The translations under genes were made by a program, and so were the position numbers. The notes beneath the pieces were generated by a model. It was not told the origin of the DNA. It made no database searches and worked only from the letters and a program-made list of their open reading frames with translations. From positions 8,308,001 through 8,372,000 of the forward strand of contig OZ004607.1 of NCBI GenBank assembly GCA_963924565.1: DNA of 64,000 nt. Direction: 5' to 3'. Shown piece by piece: positions 63,155 through 64,000 of this stretch. Each line of letters opens with the position of its first letter. Positions within the stretch are counted from its first letter, which is position 1. This DNA is from Ascidiella aspersa (Eukaryota).

Positions 63155-64000
63155 CTGCAAAGGCGGGTTTAGACTGGTTAGAACCGGTTTGTGACTGGCT
63201 AACCAATAAATGCGAGAAAATATAAAAAACGGATTGAAACTAAAGGCTATATTGTACGTAAACTTTGTAATTGAGCATAAGTGATCGAATTCTACTGAGT
63301 ATCAAAGCATAATACGAATTCCATACGCGAAAATAGTATATGTCATAAATGTATTACCCTGAGATCGAATGGCCCAACGTAAAAAATTAACACAATAAAC
63401 TTAGTTATTCTCCACAATTTAAGGATTTTTCAACTAGCTATTACGCCGAATTGTGGTACTGTTACGTTTTGTATAAGGTAAAATCTCGGATAGGAACACA
63501 ATAAAGTTACATTTCGAAACAGTATACATAATCATAATTTCTTTCAATTACTTACGTTTCATGTTGAATGTGCTTGTTGAGTTGTTCAACCTACAAAAAT
63601 GAAGAAATCCTCATTAAGTTTAAGAATTTAGCTCGGTAGTAACTTTTTTCTGGAAGATTAAGGCTATTTAACTCTCATTTTTAGTTTTTCACACACAATC
63701 AATCGCCTTGTTAAGAAACGCAGGTTGCATTATTGTGGATTAAACCATTCGAAATATAAAGTTGTTATTAAACTTGTGTTACACATCGCTGCATCACAGC
63801 TTTATTTTAGAGACGCGCGCCGGCAATTGTCTTCGGTCTATTCTACATCTCAGTGCCGCTTAATTTTAGTAAACAGGTTGTAAGTTTCACACTGGTGGTA
63901 ATATGTGTTACGAACCGAGAGACACTACTCTTAGCACACTGGTGCGACAAATCCACGCCGGGCAAGAGTTTAGCAGTCATGAGGCGAGGCAAAAAGAGAA

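Overview
Eukaryotic, AT-rich, intron- and MITE-rich genomic DNA. It is probably an invertebrate chordate such as an ascidian; this is inferred from gene content and intron sizes, not proven. Five spliced genes were reconstructed by hand with frame-consistent exon chains. (1) 5' part of DEPDC5/Iml1 (GATOR1 subunit), minus strand, runs off the left edge. (2) Complete CWC22, plus strand, head-to-head with DEPDC5. (3) A complete SEPT2-group septin, minus strand. (4) Complete FNBP4-like gene with two WW domains, minus strand. (5) The 3' part of a caldesmon-like gene, minus strand, runs off the right edge. Introns carry many non-autonomous DNA transposons: hAT-type MITEs with 8-bp TSDs (often nested), a MULE-like MITE, and a ~2-kb Helentron/HINE-like element. 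There is also a degenerate tRNA-like Pol III unit. Most notable: (a) a dispersed, partly fold-back repeat family carrying a minimal type-I hammerhead-ribozyme-like motif (Penelope/retrozyme-like); (b) a septin N-terminus built from two alternative first exons, a frame-switching 8-nt microexon and an 84-nt cassette exon, flanked by Rbfox UGCAUG sites; (c) GC-AG introns; (d) a four-element transposon nest in FNBP4 intron 1. Protein identities come from recalled homolog sequences; no database search was run.
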